DNA of 64,000 nucleotides from an uncultured Gammaproteobacteria bacterium (GCA_964470695.1 CAYYDR010000001.1:465997-529996), one strand, 5' to 3'; counted from the first letter of the stretch, positions 25,249 to 34,777 are shown. Numbers and translations: made by a program. The notes: generated from the letters alone by a model not told the origin.

Positions 25249-27756
25249 ATGTCAGAAAAAATGATAATCCGCGGCGCGCGGATGCACAATTTAAAAAATA
25301 TAAACTTAGAAATACCGCATAATAAACTGACAGTTATTACTGGCGTTTCGGGAAGCGGCAAATCGTCGTTGGCTTTTGATACGATTTTTGCGGAAGGACA
25401 GAGGCAGTACGTTGAATCCCTGTCGCCCTATATGCGTCAATTCTTGGGCCAGAAAAAGCCGGCTGATGTTGATGAAATAATTGGTTTAGCCCCTTCTATT
25501 TCTATTGATCAAAAAGCCTTATCGCACAATCCTCGCTCCACCGTCGGAACTCTAACCGATATTTATGATTATCTGCGCGTTCTCTATGCTCGGGTAGGAG
25601 AAGTATATTGTCCGGTTTGCGGAACTAAAATTGAAAAGTTAACCGTTGAGGAAATGGTTGATATTATTATTAATCGCGGCCAGGAGCAGAAACAGGAATA
25701 TGTGGAAATATTATCGCCGGTTATCCGCGACCGCAAAGGGGAATATTATCAGCTTTTATATAATTATCTCGGTTTGGGCTATAGCGAGGCCAGGGTAGAC
25801 GGACAGCTTCATTCTTTGCGTGATCAAATAAAATTATCACCAAAACAAAAGCATGATATTGATATTGTGATTGATAAGATAATGTTAAGCGATCAGACCC
25901 GCTTATTTGAGGCCGTGGAAAACTCTTTAGAGTATAGTAAAGGGTTAGTAATTGCTAAATATAAAAATCAGGAGTTTTTATTATCGTCTAACTGGACCTG
26001 TCCTAATGACAATTTTTCTTTTCCTGAAGTTGAGCCGCGCCTTTTTTCTTTTAATTCTCCCCATGGCGCTTGTCCGGAATGCACTGGTCTGGGACGAGTA
26101 GATTTTTTTAAGGATGAAAAATGTCCTAAATGTTCAGGGGAAAGACTGAGGCCAGAAGCTTTATCGGTCCGAGTTAATAATAAGAATATTGCCGAAGTGG
26201 CTAAATTGCCGATTAACAAGACTTTAGATTTTTTCAATAAGTATTATGAAAAAATGACTAAACGTCAGCTGGCTATCGCGGAAAATGTCGTCGTTCAGAT
26301 TATTAGTCGTTTAGAGTTTTTATTAAAAGTGGGTTTACATTATATTTCTTTAGAAAGGGAGGCCCATACTTTATCAGGCGGCGAAGCGCAGCGTATCCGC
26401 CTATCATCGCAAATCGGTTCCCATTTATCAAGAACTTTATATGTTTTAGACGAACCGACTATCGGGCTGCACGAACGCGATACTGAGCGTTTGATTGATA
26501 CTCTAAAAAAGTTACGTGATAAGGGAAATACCGTTATCATTGTTGAGCATGATGAGCGGACAATATTAGAATCAGATTATTTAGTTGATTTAGGGCCATT
26601 AGCCGGCGTACACGGCGGTGAGATTGTGGCGATTGGCGAAACTAAGAATTTACTGAATGATAAAAAAAATAAAACGGCTTTTAAAGAGTCTTTAACTCTC
26701 CAATATCTGAATGGCGAGCGATCTATTGATTTGCCAGAGAAGAGACGAGAACAAAACCATGGTAGTCTAAAAATCAGAGGTGCTTACGCTAACAATTTAA
26801 AGAATGTAAATTTAGATATTCCTTTAGGTCGTTTGGTCGGAATTAGTGGTGTATCTGGTAGTGGCAAGTCATCGCTTTTATATGATGTCATATATAAAAA
26901 TATCACCCATATTAAGAATAGGCCGGGTAAGGCTAAGTTAGAAGAAGTTAAGGAAATAAAGGGAGCCGAATATATTAATAAGGTCATTGTTATTGACCAG
27001 TCACCCATCGGGCGAACGCCGCGGTCTAATCCGGCTACTTATACCGGCATATTTACTCCAATCCGTGATTTTTTTGCCTCTCTGCCTGAAGCCAGGGAAA
27101 GAGGCTATTCTATCTCTAGATTCTCGTTTAATCGCCCAGGTGGGCGCTGTGAGGCCTGTGAAGGGGCCGGGGCTAACCTAATAGAGATGCACTTCCTACC
27201 CCCGGTTTTGGTAGAATGCGAAGTCTGTCGTGGCAAGCGTTTTAATCGGGAAACCCTACAAGTAAAATATAAGGGAAAGAATATTGCCGAGGTGCTAGAC
27301 ATGACAATTGATGAGGCCATTACTTATTTTGATGGCAATTATTTAATTACTGATAAGCTCAAAGTGTTAGCTTCAGTGGGGTTAGGTTATATTAAAATTG
27401 GTCAGAGCGCCACGACTTTATCGGGCGGCGAAGCCCAGCGCGTTAAAATCGCTAAGGAACTGACTCATACGCTAGGCAAAAGAACCCTATATCTTTTAGA
27501 TGAACCGACTACAGGCCTGCATTATCATGATATTGATATGCTACTAGGAGTTTTAAATAAGCTAGTGGAAAAAGGGAATTCAGTTTTAGTAATTGAGCAT
27601 AACATGCACATGCTTAAGGCCATGGATTATATTATTGATTTGGGCCCGGATGGCGGTGAGGACGGCGGCCGGCTAGTTGCTAGCGGCCAGCCGGAAGACA
27701 TCGCCCGCGAACCAAAGAGTGTGACGGGGAAATATCTTAAAGAATATTTAAAATAA
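25249..27756 (+). CDS. uvrA: excinuclease ABC subunit A, short form lacking the insertion domain
   Basis: Two ABC modules (GVSGSGKSS twice, LSGGEAQR twice). A UvrB-binding-domain-like region is present. CPECTGLG is followed after 13 aa by CPKCSGERL. Confidence 0.95.
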   Translation: MSEKMIIRGARMHNLKNINLEIPHNKLTVITGVSGSGKSSLAFDTIFAEGQRQYVESLSPYMRQFLGQKKPADVDEIIGLAPSISIDQKALSHNPRSTVGTLTDIYDYLRVLYARVGEVYCPVCGTKIEKLTVEEMVDIIINRGQEQKQEYVEILSPVIRDRKGEYYQLLYNYLGLGYSEARVDGQLHSLRDQIKLSPKQKHDIDIVIDKIMLSDQTRLFEAVENSLEYSKGLVIAKYKNQEFLLSSNWTCPNDNFSFPEVEPRLFSFNSPHGACPECTGLGRVDFFKDEKCPKCSGERLRPEALSVRVNNKNIAEVAKLPINKTLDFFNKYYEKMTKRQLAIAENVVVQIISRLEFLLKVGLHYISLEREAHTLSGGEAQRIRLSSQIGSHLSRTLYVLDEPTIGLHERDTERLIDTLKKLRDKGNTVIIVEHDERTILESDYLVDLGPLAGVHGGEIVAIGETKNLLNDKKNKTAFKESLTLQYLNGERSIDLPEKRREQNHGSLKIRGAYANNLKNVNLDIPLGRLVGISGVSGSGKSSLLYDVIYKNITHIKNRPGKAKLEEVKEIKGAEYINKVIVIDQSPIGRTPRSNPATYTGIFTPIRDFFASLPEARERGYSISRFSFNRPGGRCEACEGAGANLIEMHFLPPVLVECEVCRGKRFNRETLQVKYKGKNIAEVLDMTIDEAITYFDGNYLITDKLKVLASVGLGYIKIGQSATTLSGGEAQRVKIAKELTHTLGKRTLYLLDEPTTGLHYHDIDMLLGVLNKLVEKGNSVLVIEHNMHMLKAMDYIIDLGPDGGEDGGRLVASGQPEDIAREPKSVTGKYLKEYLK

Positions 27757-27759
27757 TTT

Positions 27760-28623
27760 ATGAGTTTATCAATTATCCTAGCCTTTGGGGCGATGTTTGG
27801 TTGGGGAATAGCGGATTTTTTAATTCAGAAAACAGTCAAGAAAATTGGCAGTCTAGAAACCTTAGCCTGGATTACTGTCCTGGGCGCTATTATTTTAATT
27901 CCGCTGATTTTATATGAAGGATTAAATTTAACTAGAACTAATGTAATCTTTTTGATTTTTCTAGGGGCTGTAACATTTACAGCCGGGCTACTGGATTTCA
28001 AGGCTTTGGCGATTGGTAAGCTAGCGGTTATGGAGACGATTATGGCTATTGAATTGCCGCTTACTATTTTATTAGGTGTTTTAGCTTTCCAGGAAAGACT
28101 AAATTTTTTGCAAGTAGCTTTAGTTACTTCAGTGTTTGTCGGAATAGTTTTGGCTTCAGTAAATTTTAAGAATATCCATCATCGGGATTTTTTAGAAAAA
28201 GGATCATTATTAGCGATTGCTTCCGGGTTGCTCATTGCCTTTGTTAACTTTTTTTCCGCTGATCAAGCTAAGTCTTTGAGTCCGTTAATGGCCATTTGGT
28301 TCCCCTGGTTATCTTGCGGGATGATTTGTCTGATTTATATTAGCCGTTTTAAGAAAAATCATTTTAAGAATTTTGTAAAACAAAGTTTTGGGCATTGGCG
28401 GTTAATACTAATAGTCGCAGTGATAGATTTAGGCGCTTGGTTATTTTATGCTTTTGCCGTGGCTAAAGAAGAATTATCAATTACCATCGCCATTACTGAA
28501 AGCTATATCGTCGTGGCTATAATCCTGGGCGTTCTTATTAATAAAGAGAAAATAAGGCCAGCCCAATACTTAGGATCGGCTCTGGCTATAATTAGCAGCT
28601 TATTAATTGGTTTTATCAGTTAA
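27760..28623 (+). CDS. EamA/DMT-superfamily transporter
   Basis: 10 TM segments as a duplicated 5-TM EamA architecture. Confidence 0.8.
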   Translation: MSLSIILAFGAMFGWGIADFLIQKTVKKIGSLETLAWITVLGAIILIPLILYEGLNLTRTNVIFLIFLGAVTFTAGLLDFKALAIGKLAVMETIMAIELPLTILLGVLAFQERLNFLQVALVTSVFVGIVLASVNFKNIHHRDFLEKGSLLAIASGLLIAFVNFFSADQAKSLSPLMAIWFPWLSCGMICLIYISRFKKNHFKNFVKQSFGHWRLILIVAVIDLGAWLFYAFAVAKEELSITIAITESYIVVAIILGVLINKEKIRPAQYLGSALAIISSLLIGFIS

Positions 28624-28637
28624 TTAGGGTTTAACAT

Positions 28638-28952
28638 ATGAAGTTGAAATTTGCGGATCGGGTTTACAAATTAACCGCCCAGATTCCTAAAGGAAAAGTG
28701 GCTACTTATCAGAGCATTGCTATTGCTATGGGGCAAGCTAAGGCTAGTCGCGCTGTCGGTAATGCCTTAAATAAAAATCCTTATGCTCCGCAAGTTCCTT
28801 GCCATCGCGTCGTTCGGTCTAATGGTGAGATCGGCGGATTTGCTTCGGGGTCTAATAAAAAAATAAAAATGCTTAAGAGCGAAGGAGTAATTATTATAAA
28901 TAATAAAGTAGATTTGTCCCAGCATGGTTACCAATTCAAAGCTAAAAGATAA
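28638..28952 (+). CDS. MGMT-family methylated-DNA-protein-cysteine methyltransferase domain protein
   Basis: Active-site PCHRVV; NPYAPQVPCHRVVRSNGEIGGF. Confidence 0.85.
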   Translation: MKLKFADRVYKLTAQIPKGKVATYQSIAIAMGQAKASRAVGNALNKNPYAPQVPCHRVVRSNGEIGGFASGSNKKIKMLKSEGVIIINNKVDLSQHGYQFKAKR

Positions 28953-30111
28953 ACTTAAATCCATCCCTAAAAAACCAGGGGTTTATTTTTGGTTAGACAA
29001 AAATAAGAAAGTTTTGTATGTTGGACGAGCGACTAGCCTTCGTAATCGTCTTAGCCAGTATTTCCAGAAGAATATCAGTCCCCGTATTGCGGAAATGGTG
29101 GCAGCCGCCAGTGATATCAGATATGAAGTTACCGAAACTATCCTAGAGGCGATTATTTTAGAGGCTAAAAACATTAAAAAGTATTGGTCCAAGTATAATA
29201 TAGTTGATCGCGATGATAGATCTTTTATTTATGTGGTTATACCTAAAACTGATTTTGCTAAACCGCTAATTGTCCGTGGCACTGATTTAAAAAAGTTTTC
29301 TGGCTCCAGGGTGGCCAAGATTTTTGGTCCTTATCAATCTTTTTATCTTCTGCAAAATGCCTTACGCTTAATTCGCCGGGTTTTTCCTTATGGCAATTGC
29401 CAGCCTAGTAGCGGTCGAGCTTGTTTTGATTATCAAATTGGTCTTTGTCCAGGCGCTTGCGTTGGAGCTATTAACGCCAAGGAGTATCGCCAGAACATCA
29501 ATAATATCATTTTGCTTTTATCGGGAGAAAAGAAGCGTTTAATTAAAAAATTAATGAAAGAAAATCCTGATAAGATAAAGGCCTTAAAACATCTTCAGGA
29601 CGTTTCTTTATTAACTAAAGAAGAAAATCTGGGCGAAGAAAGAGTCAGCCGTTTAGAGGGCTATGATATTTCTCACTTACAGGGCAAGGAAACCTATGGC
29701 TCAATGGTGGTATTTGAAAATAATGAGCCGATTAAGCAAGAGTATCGCTTATTTAAAATAAAAGAAGCTCCGGCGGGTGATGATGAAAGAGCCTTGGCCG
29801 AAGTCTTATTGCGTCGTTTTAAGCATCTAGAGTGGCCTAGACCGGATTTAGTTATGATAGATGGCGGTACGCCGCAAATAAGCTTTTTATCACGAGTTCT
29901 CTCAGCCAATAATATTAGTGTCCCCTTGGTCGGAATTTCTAAGTTTGGTAGCGATAAATTAGTTTTTGCGGCTGGCAGTAATAAATCCCTGCGTGATTTA
30001 GCGGAAAATATTAAACCAATTTTGCTTAAAGCTAGGGAAGAGGCACATCGTTTTGCTAATCGGGGACGTAAAAAAAGTTTGAAATATCCCAAGAAAATTG
30101 CTAAAATTTAA
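28924..30111 (+). CDS. uvrC: excinuclease ABC subunit C, minimal form (GIY-YIG plus RNase H-like nuclease; no UVR, no HhH2)
   Basis: GVYFW...LYVGRATSLRNRLSQY (GIY-YIG), Cys cluster CQPSSGRACFDYQIGLCPGAC, then GYDISH, GDDERA, DLVMIDGG, EEAHRFA. 395 aa, shorter than the 610-aa E. coli UvrC used for comparison. Confidence 0.85.
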   Translation: MVTNSKLKDKLKSIPKKPGVYFWLDKNKKVLYVGRATSLRNRLSQYFQKNISPRIAEMVAAASDIRYEVTETILEAIILEAKNIKKYWSKYNIVDRDDRSFIYVVIPKTDFAKPLIVRGTDLKKFSGSRVAKIFGPYQSFYLLQNALRLIRRVFPYGNCQPSSGRACFDYQIGLCPGACVGAINAKEYRQNINNIILLLSGEKKRLIKKLMKENPDKIKALKHLQDVSLLTKEENLGEERVSRLEGYDISHLQGKETYGSMVVFENNEPIKQEYRLFKIKEAPAGDDERALAEVLLRRFKHLEWPRPDLVMIDGGTPQISFLSRVLSANNISVPLVGISKFGSDKLVFAAGSNKSLRDLAENIKPILLKAREEAHRFANRGRKKSLKYPKKIAKI

Positions 30112-30138
30112 TTAGTTTAATAATCTAATTTTAATTCT

Positions 30139-31083
30139 ATGAATCCTCTAGAGAAAATTTTTGCTGGCCATGGGAAAGAACAGCAGGAAACAGCAAGTCC
30201 CGCCAGTATTCGTTTAGAGTTTTTTCGCCATAGTAAACAGGGGCCGCAGACAGCTGGCATGCAGGAGTATAATCGTCGTTTGACTGAGGGGCCGGATGGT
30301 GGTCGCGTAATGGCTACAGAAGCCGGCAAAGACCGTAATCCTGACCCAGAAGTCGGCTTGGCTTACGGTTCACCGCGCGATCGCGCCCAGGAAACCGCTT
30401 ATCGCCAGCTTTTAACTAATCAAGAGGAAATTACAGCTAGTAGCACACTAGAAGATATTGAGGCATTAATTAAAGAGAAGTTACCGGTCGGATCAAAAAA
30501 GATTGTTGATGAACGTCTAAACTTTAATTGGGAAGGGAGCCAGAAATTTAATGAAGTGGGCATGGATCATTTTCTTAAAGTTAAAGATACTTTGAGATTT
30601 TTGGTAGAAGAGAGTGATGATTTAGCAGTTGAAGCTAAGGATAAAGAATCTACCGCTTATTCACGAGCAGCCGCCAATACCGCTGAGATAGTTAAAAAAT
30701 ATTTGCAAATATTACCTAATTGGGAAAAGGTGGTCGCAACTGATAAGGAGCGCGGCGAAGACGAGAAAAAAGATTATGCTAAACATGGCAACGAAATGCA
30801 ACGTTTTCTTGGTTCGCATGGCGCGACCGTGGAAAATTTTTTGTTAAAGCTTATTGATAAGCTAGAAGGTCGTGCGGCCGTTTTAGAATTTATTAAAAAT
30901 TTGCCCGATCAGAATAATTTTCAGTTTAATGATGGTTATTCAATTAAATTATCATCTCAAAATGGTCAGCCAGAAATATTGGTTACCTATCATGATAAAT
31001 CTTGGTCAGTTAAGCCCGAATTATTAGATGAAATAATTGCTGATCGCACTATTTTAGATCAGAAGATTAAAGAGGCTATTTAA
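30139..31083 (+). CDS. histidine-phosphatase-superfamily-like protein (divergent)
   Basis: FFRHSKQG (RHG-like), GSPRDRAQETA (SP..RA.QTA) and LGSHGATVENFL (second catalytic His region). Confidence 0.5.
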   Translation: MNPLEKIFAGHGKEQQETASPASIRLEFFRHSKQGPQTAGMQEYNRRLTEGPDGGRVMATEAGKDRNPDPEVGLAYGSPRDRAQETAYRQLLTNQEEITASSTLEDIEALIKEKLPVGSKKIVDERLNFNWEGSQKFNEVGMDHFLKVKDTLRFLVEESDDLAVEAKDKESTAYSRAAANTAEIVKKYLQILPNWEKVVATDKERGEDEKKDYAKHGNEMQRFLGSHGATVENFLLKLIDKLEGRAAVLEFIKNLPDQNNFQFNDGYSIKLSSQNGQPEILVTYHDKSWSVKPELLDEIIADRTILDQKIKEAI

Positions 31084-31087
31084 GTTT

Positions 31088-32149
31088 ATGAAAATTGATA
31101 ACTTTAGGAAACGCTCTGATTGGCTGCAAGTTTGGTCGGGGAAATGGAGCCTCCACTCCGATATTAATTTTGGACATCAGTGGACCACGACTATTCGGGT
31201 GGCCGACCGGCCAGTCTATCCGCGGGTTATATATGTTCATCGCCGGGGAATTACTGATTGTTGGGTTAGCAATATTGATAAGGATAATCTGGGCGGACGT
31301 TTAGTGGCTGAGGTTAAACGGAATAAAAAATATATTAATAATTTAGCTGTTATTTTAAAGCTTAAGACTAAGCAGGTTCTTGATTTTGTTGCTGTTCATA
31401 AACCACAAGATATAGATCAAAAATCCTATAAGGAATTTTGGAACTTAATTGGTGGTTATTATTTGCCGCATTTGTGCGTTAAATACATGGTTGATTATCT
31501 TTCGCCAAAACAGCTCAAAAATTTTTTGCCGGTCTTAGAGGAGGCCAGGCTTTTCGCAGAGCCAGTATTTAGAGATACGGAAAATTTTATGGAAGCAGTA
31601 GCTAAAGTCATTGCCCGCCGTTCCGGATACGAAGTCAGTCAAGTTTTATCAGCCGATATTAAAGAGTTAACTAGATATTTTTCTAAAGGAGTTTTACCTG
31701 ATAAAAAAATATTATCAGCCAGATATAATTTATCGGCTGTTTTATTTGAGCGCGGCGAATATAAATTATTATCTGGTAGCTCAGCCGCTAAAATAGAAAA
31801 TTTTTTGATACCGCAAAAATTAGGAAAGATAATTAAGGGGAGCTCAGCTTACGGCGGGAAAGTTCAGGGAATAGTCCATATTATTACTAAGCCTAAGCAA
31901 GAAAGTGCTAGTTTTAAAAAGGGTGAGATATTAGTAACTGGAATGACTCGCCCAGAATTTTTACCGGTCATGAAAAAAGCCGCCGCCTTTATAACTGATT
32001 CAGGTGGAATTTTATCTCATGCCGCCATTATGGCTCGTGAGTTAAGAAAGCCTTGTGTAATCGGAACTAAACATGCCACTAAGACTTTAAAGAATGGCCA
32101 ATTAGTTGAAATAGACGCCGATCAGGGAATTATTAAAATAATTAATTAA
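31088..32149 (+). CDS. PEP-utilising-enzyme mobile (phosphohistidine swivel) domain protein without ATP-grasp
   Basis: C-terminus GEILVTGMTRPEFLPVMKKAAAFITDSGGILSHAAIMARELRKPCVIG is the swivel-domain signature. Confidence 0.75.
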   Translation: MKIDNFRKRSDWLQVWSGKWSLHSDINFGHQWTTTIRVADRPVYPRVIYVHRRGITDCWVSNIDKDNLGGRLVAEVKRNKKYINNLAVILKLKTKQVLDFVAVHKPQDIDQKSYKEFWNLIGGYYLPHLCVKYMVDYLSPKQLKNFLPVLEEARLFAEPVFRDTENFMEAVAKVIARRSGYEVSQVLSADIKELTRYFSKGVLPDKKILSARYNLSAVLFERGEYKLLSGSSAAKIENFLIPQKLGKIIKGSSAYGGKVQGIVHIITKPKQESASFKKGEILVTGMTRPEFLPVMKKAAAFITDSGGILSHAAIMARELRKPCVIGTKHATKTLKNGQLVEIDADQGIIKIIN

Positions 32150-32166
32150 TAAATAAATATAAACGT

Positions 32167-32904
32167 ATGAAAAAAAGTTATGTCTGGCTAGCTACTCTAG
32201 GAATATTAGCGGTAGCGGCTGTAGTCATCGTGGCTTTAGTGATGGCTAATAAAACCAAAAATGAAGATAGGTTTTCGGTTACCGGCTCCGGCACTGTCTA
32301 TGCCAAGGCCGATATCGCTAATTTAGAAGTGGGTTTAAAGACTGGCGCTAAGAAAACCGCCGCTGAAGCGACTAAAGAAAGCACGGCCAAAATGGATGAA
32401 ATTATCCAAGAAATAAAGAAACTAAATATTGATGAAAAGGATATTAAAACCTCCGGCTATAATTTAACCCCAGTTTATAATTGGACCGATAAAACCGGCC
32501 AGCAATTAATCGGTTATGAAGTCTCACAGAATTTAACTCTAAAAATTAGAGACTTAAATAAGATTGGCGATGTTATTGCTAAAACCACCGAAAAGGGCGC
32601 TAACCAAATTGGCAATATCAGTTTTACTATTGATGATGAATATGCTTTGAAGAATCAGGCTAGGGAATTAGCTATTCAAAAGGCTAAAGAGAAGGCGGCC
32701 CTGATTGCTGAGCAGTCTGGCATGAAATTAGGCGAAGTTAAGAGCGTTTATGAAAGTTCTGAGCCATTTGTAAGCCCTATGGCCTATTCTAACGCCAAAT
32801 TAGATATGGGGACTGGACGCATGGAAGTTTTGACTAGCCCTAATATACAGACCGGGCAGAACGAAATTAAAGTTGAAGTAACTTTGATGTACGAGGTAAA
32901 ATAG
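32167..32904 (+). CDS. SIMPL-domain (DUF541) protein, membrane-anchored
   Basis: GYEVSQNLTLKIRDLNKIGDVI and ARELAIQKAKEKAALIAEQSG are typical SIMPL segments. Confidence 0.85.
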   Translation: MKKSYVWLATLGILAVAAVVIVALVMANKTKNEDRFSVTGSGTVYAKADIANLEVGLKTGAKKTAAEATKESTAKMDEIIQEIKKLNIDEKDIKTSGYNLTPVYNWTDKTGQQLIGYEVSQNLTLKIRDLNKIGDVIAKTTEKGANQIGNISFTIDDEYALKNQARELAIQKAKEKAALIAEQSGMKLGEVKSVYESSEPFVSPMAYSNAKLDMGTGRMEVLTSPNIQTGQNEIKVEVTLMYEVK

Positions 32905-32930
32905 CCCAGAACTTCTCAATTGAGAAAATA

Positions 32931-32964
32931 AAAAAGGCCGTTGTTTTAAAACAGCGGCTTTTTT
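32931..32964. terminator. terminator between convergent genes
   Basis: GCCGTTG-TTTTAAAA-CAGCGGC (one G.U pair) flanked by A5 and T6. Confidence 0.6.
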
Positions 32965-32984
32965 GCAACCTTTAAACTATCCGT

Positions 32985-33470
32985 TCAAGCTATCTTTTGC
33001 AAGAGATAGCTCGGTAAATGGGCGAACCCGTTAATGAGCTCCCTGACCCCCTCCTTTGAGAAGTCAGAATAACCAGCATCCTGGCTAGTAATTCCGACTA
33101 CTCTGCTGAGTCTAGAGACTCTTCCCAGAAATTCCGGTTCGTCGCTAATAAAGACGGTATTATTTTCTTTGAAATTATCTACTTTGAAGGTTATCTTATC
33201 AAAATCTTTTCCGCCGACTAGGGTCTGGTCAAAGTTCAAGGAAATAAAAGCTATTTCCTTGTTTGAAAATTCGCTAAATGGCTTTTTGCTTATCAGGACG
33301 ATCTTATGCCCCTCTTTCCTGAGCTTGTGAAGCACTTCTCCTAATATTGGAGACACATTTTTTTCCGATACATGCTCGGTATTATATGAGAACCCCGGTT
33401 CGCTCGTCAGAGCCTTTTCTACATCGGCAGATATCTGTTCGACATAGAATACGAACAATGTTTTTTCCAT
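32985..33470 (-). CDS. hypothetical protein (possibly HAD-like fold lacking the nucleophile motif)
   Basis: 161-aa ORF with a weak SD (AAGGAAAT). KIVLISKKP and VFISDEP resemble HAD motifs II and IV, but no DxD motif is present. Confidence 0.45.
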   Translation of the reverse strand: MEKTLFVFYVEQISADVEKALTSEPGFSYNTEHVSEKNVSPILGEVLHKLRKEGHKIVLISKKPFSEFSNKEIAFISLNFDQTLVGGKDFDKITFKVDNFKENNTVFISDEPEFLGRVSRLSRVVGITSQDAGYSDFSKEGVRELINGFAHLPSYLLQKIA

Positions 33471-33583
33471 TGGTCTATTTCCTTTTTGTTTTGAAATAAC
33501 TATTATTTTTCCTTATATTTAAACATATTTATATAATAATGTCAAATATCAAATATACCCTAGAAATAGGCCTTTAGGGGGTC

Positions 33584-33611
33584 TTGACAAAATATCTTAA
33601 TTTGCTATTAT
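33584..33611 (+). promoter_or_regulatory. rplJ-rplL promoter (TTGACA, TATTAT)
   Basis: TTGACA at 33584-33589 and TATTAT at 33606-33611 (16-nt spacer). Confidence 0.55.
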
Positions 33612-33617
33612 ACTAGC

Positions 33618-33774
33618 ATAATCAAATACTACCACAGACAGCCAGCTGGGCCCTAAAAAGCCTGTAAGACTTGCCGAGGTAATAATACTATAATTTAGTA
33701 TTTTTATGAATCTGTGGTTTGTCACGGATTTTTTATTAATTACTGCTTAAGCCCTTTGGGCCATAAAAAACAAT
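33618..33774 (+). promoter_or_regulatory. structured 5' leader of rplJ (candidate L10 autoregulatory leader)
   Basis: Leader of about 155 nt. ACCACAGA (33631-33638) pairs with TCTGTGGT (33711-33718) and encloses an AATACTA/TAGTATT hairpin and a GC-rich segment. Confidence 0.4.
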
Positions 33775-34308
33775 ATGCCTAAGAATAAGATCCAAAAAGG
33801 AGAAATCTTTCGCGATTTAAACGAAAAGATTAAAAAATCTAAATCAGTAGTTTTTGCTGGTTTTAACGCTTTTGGTGTTAAAGATAATGAAACTTTGCGC
33901 GCCAAATTAAGAAATGAAAACAGCGAGTACTATGTTGCTAAGAAAACTTTGATGAACTTGGCTTTAAAAGAAAATAAATTAGACATTAATGTCCGCGATT
34001 TTGACGGGAAGGTAGCGGCCATATTTTCTTATGAGGATGAGGTAGCGCCAGCTAAAGTCCTAGGCACTTTCCGTAAAGACAAAGAAAAAGAGGGTAAAAT
34101 TTTTTTCCTGGGAGGTATTTTAGGCGGAAAATTGCTTTCTAAAAAAGAGGTGGAAGCCTTATCTGAATTACCAAGCAAGACTGAGTTATATGCCAGATTG
34201 GTCGGAACTTTGAATGCGCCTATTTCCGGCTTTGTTAATGTGATGGCTGGAAATATTAAAAATTTACTTAATGTTTTAAAGGCGATTGAAGAAAAAAATA
34301 ATAATTAA
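33775..34308 (+). CDS. rplJ: 50S ribosomal protein L10
   Basis: The ORF sits immediately upstream of rplL, and its sequence is L10-like throughout. Confidence 0.95.
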   Translation: MPKNKIQKGEIFRDLNEKIKKSKSVVFAGFNAFGVKDNETLRAKLRNENSEYYVAKKTLMNLALKENKLDINVRDFDGKVAAIFSYEDEVAPAKVLGTFRKDKEKEGKIFFLGGILGGKLLSKKEVEALSELPSKTELYARLVGTLNAPISGFVNVMAGNIKNLLNVLKAIEEKNNN

Positions 34309-34332
34309 TTAATATATAATAATTATAAATTT

Positions 34333-34731
34333 ATGTCAGAAGAAAAAAACGTAGAAGTGCCGGCTAAATTTGAAAAATTAGTTGGCGAGATTGAAAAAAT
34401 GAGCGTCCTTGATTTAGCGGAGCTTGTTAAGATCTTAGAAGATAAATTTGGCGTAAGCGCTTCTGCTCCAGCCATGATGATGGCTCCAGCCGCTGGTGCC
34501 GCCGCTGCGGTTGAGGAAAAGGATAGCTTTGATGTGGAAATCACTGAAGGTGGTGCCAACAAAATCAACGTCATTAAAGCAGTTCGCGAATTGACTGAGA
34601 TGGGATTGAAAGAAGCTAAAGACTTAGTTGATGCCGCTCCGAAAGTTTTAAAGGAAGGCGTTAAGAAGGAAGAGGCGGAAAAAATGAAGAAGAAATTAGA
34701 AGAAGCCGGTGCTAAGGTAACTTTGAAATAA
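34333..34731 (+). CDS. rplL: 50S ribosomal protein L7/L12
   Basis: Ala-rich hinge, then [20 protein letters not shown]...[11 protein letters not shown]. Confidence 0.97.
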   Translation: MSEEKNVEVPAKFEKLVGEIEKMSVLDLAELVKILEDKFGVSASAPAMMMAPAAGAAAAVEEKDSFDVEITEGGANKINVIKAVRELTEMGLKEAKDLVDAAPKVLKEGVKKEEAEKMKKKLEEAGAKVTLK

Positions 34732-34746
34732 TTTCTAGTAAACTTA

Positions 34747-34777
34747 TAAAAACGCCCGTTTATACGGGCGTTTTTTG
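34747..34777. terminator. strong intrinsic terminator after rplL
   Basis: AAAAACGCCCG-TTTATA-CGGGCGTTTTTT. Confidence 0.8.

Noticed and set aside
21970-32904. Two SIMPL/DUF541 paralogs (21970..22686 and 32167..32904) bracketing the uvr cluster, considered as possible island boundaries.
   Set aside because: The proteins are diverged with no DNA-level repeat between them. They have native SD-less start contexts, and the enclosed genes look native in composition.
32913-32926. Perfect 14-bp palindrome TTCTCAATTGAGAA just after the SIMPL gene stop.
   Set aside because: It is short, AT-rich and immediately followed by a conventional terminator. There is no second copy or associated regulator, so it could be chance or part of the terminator structure.
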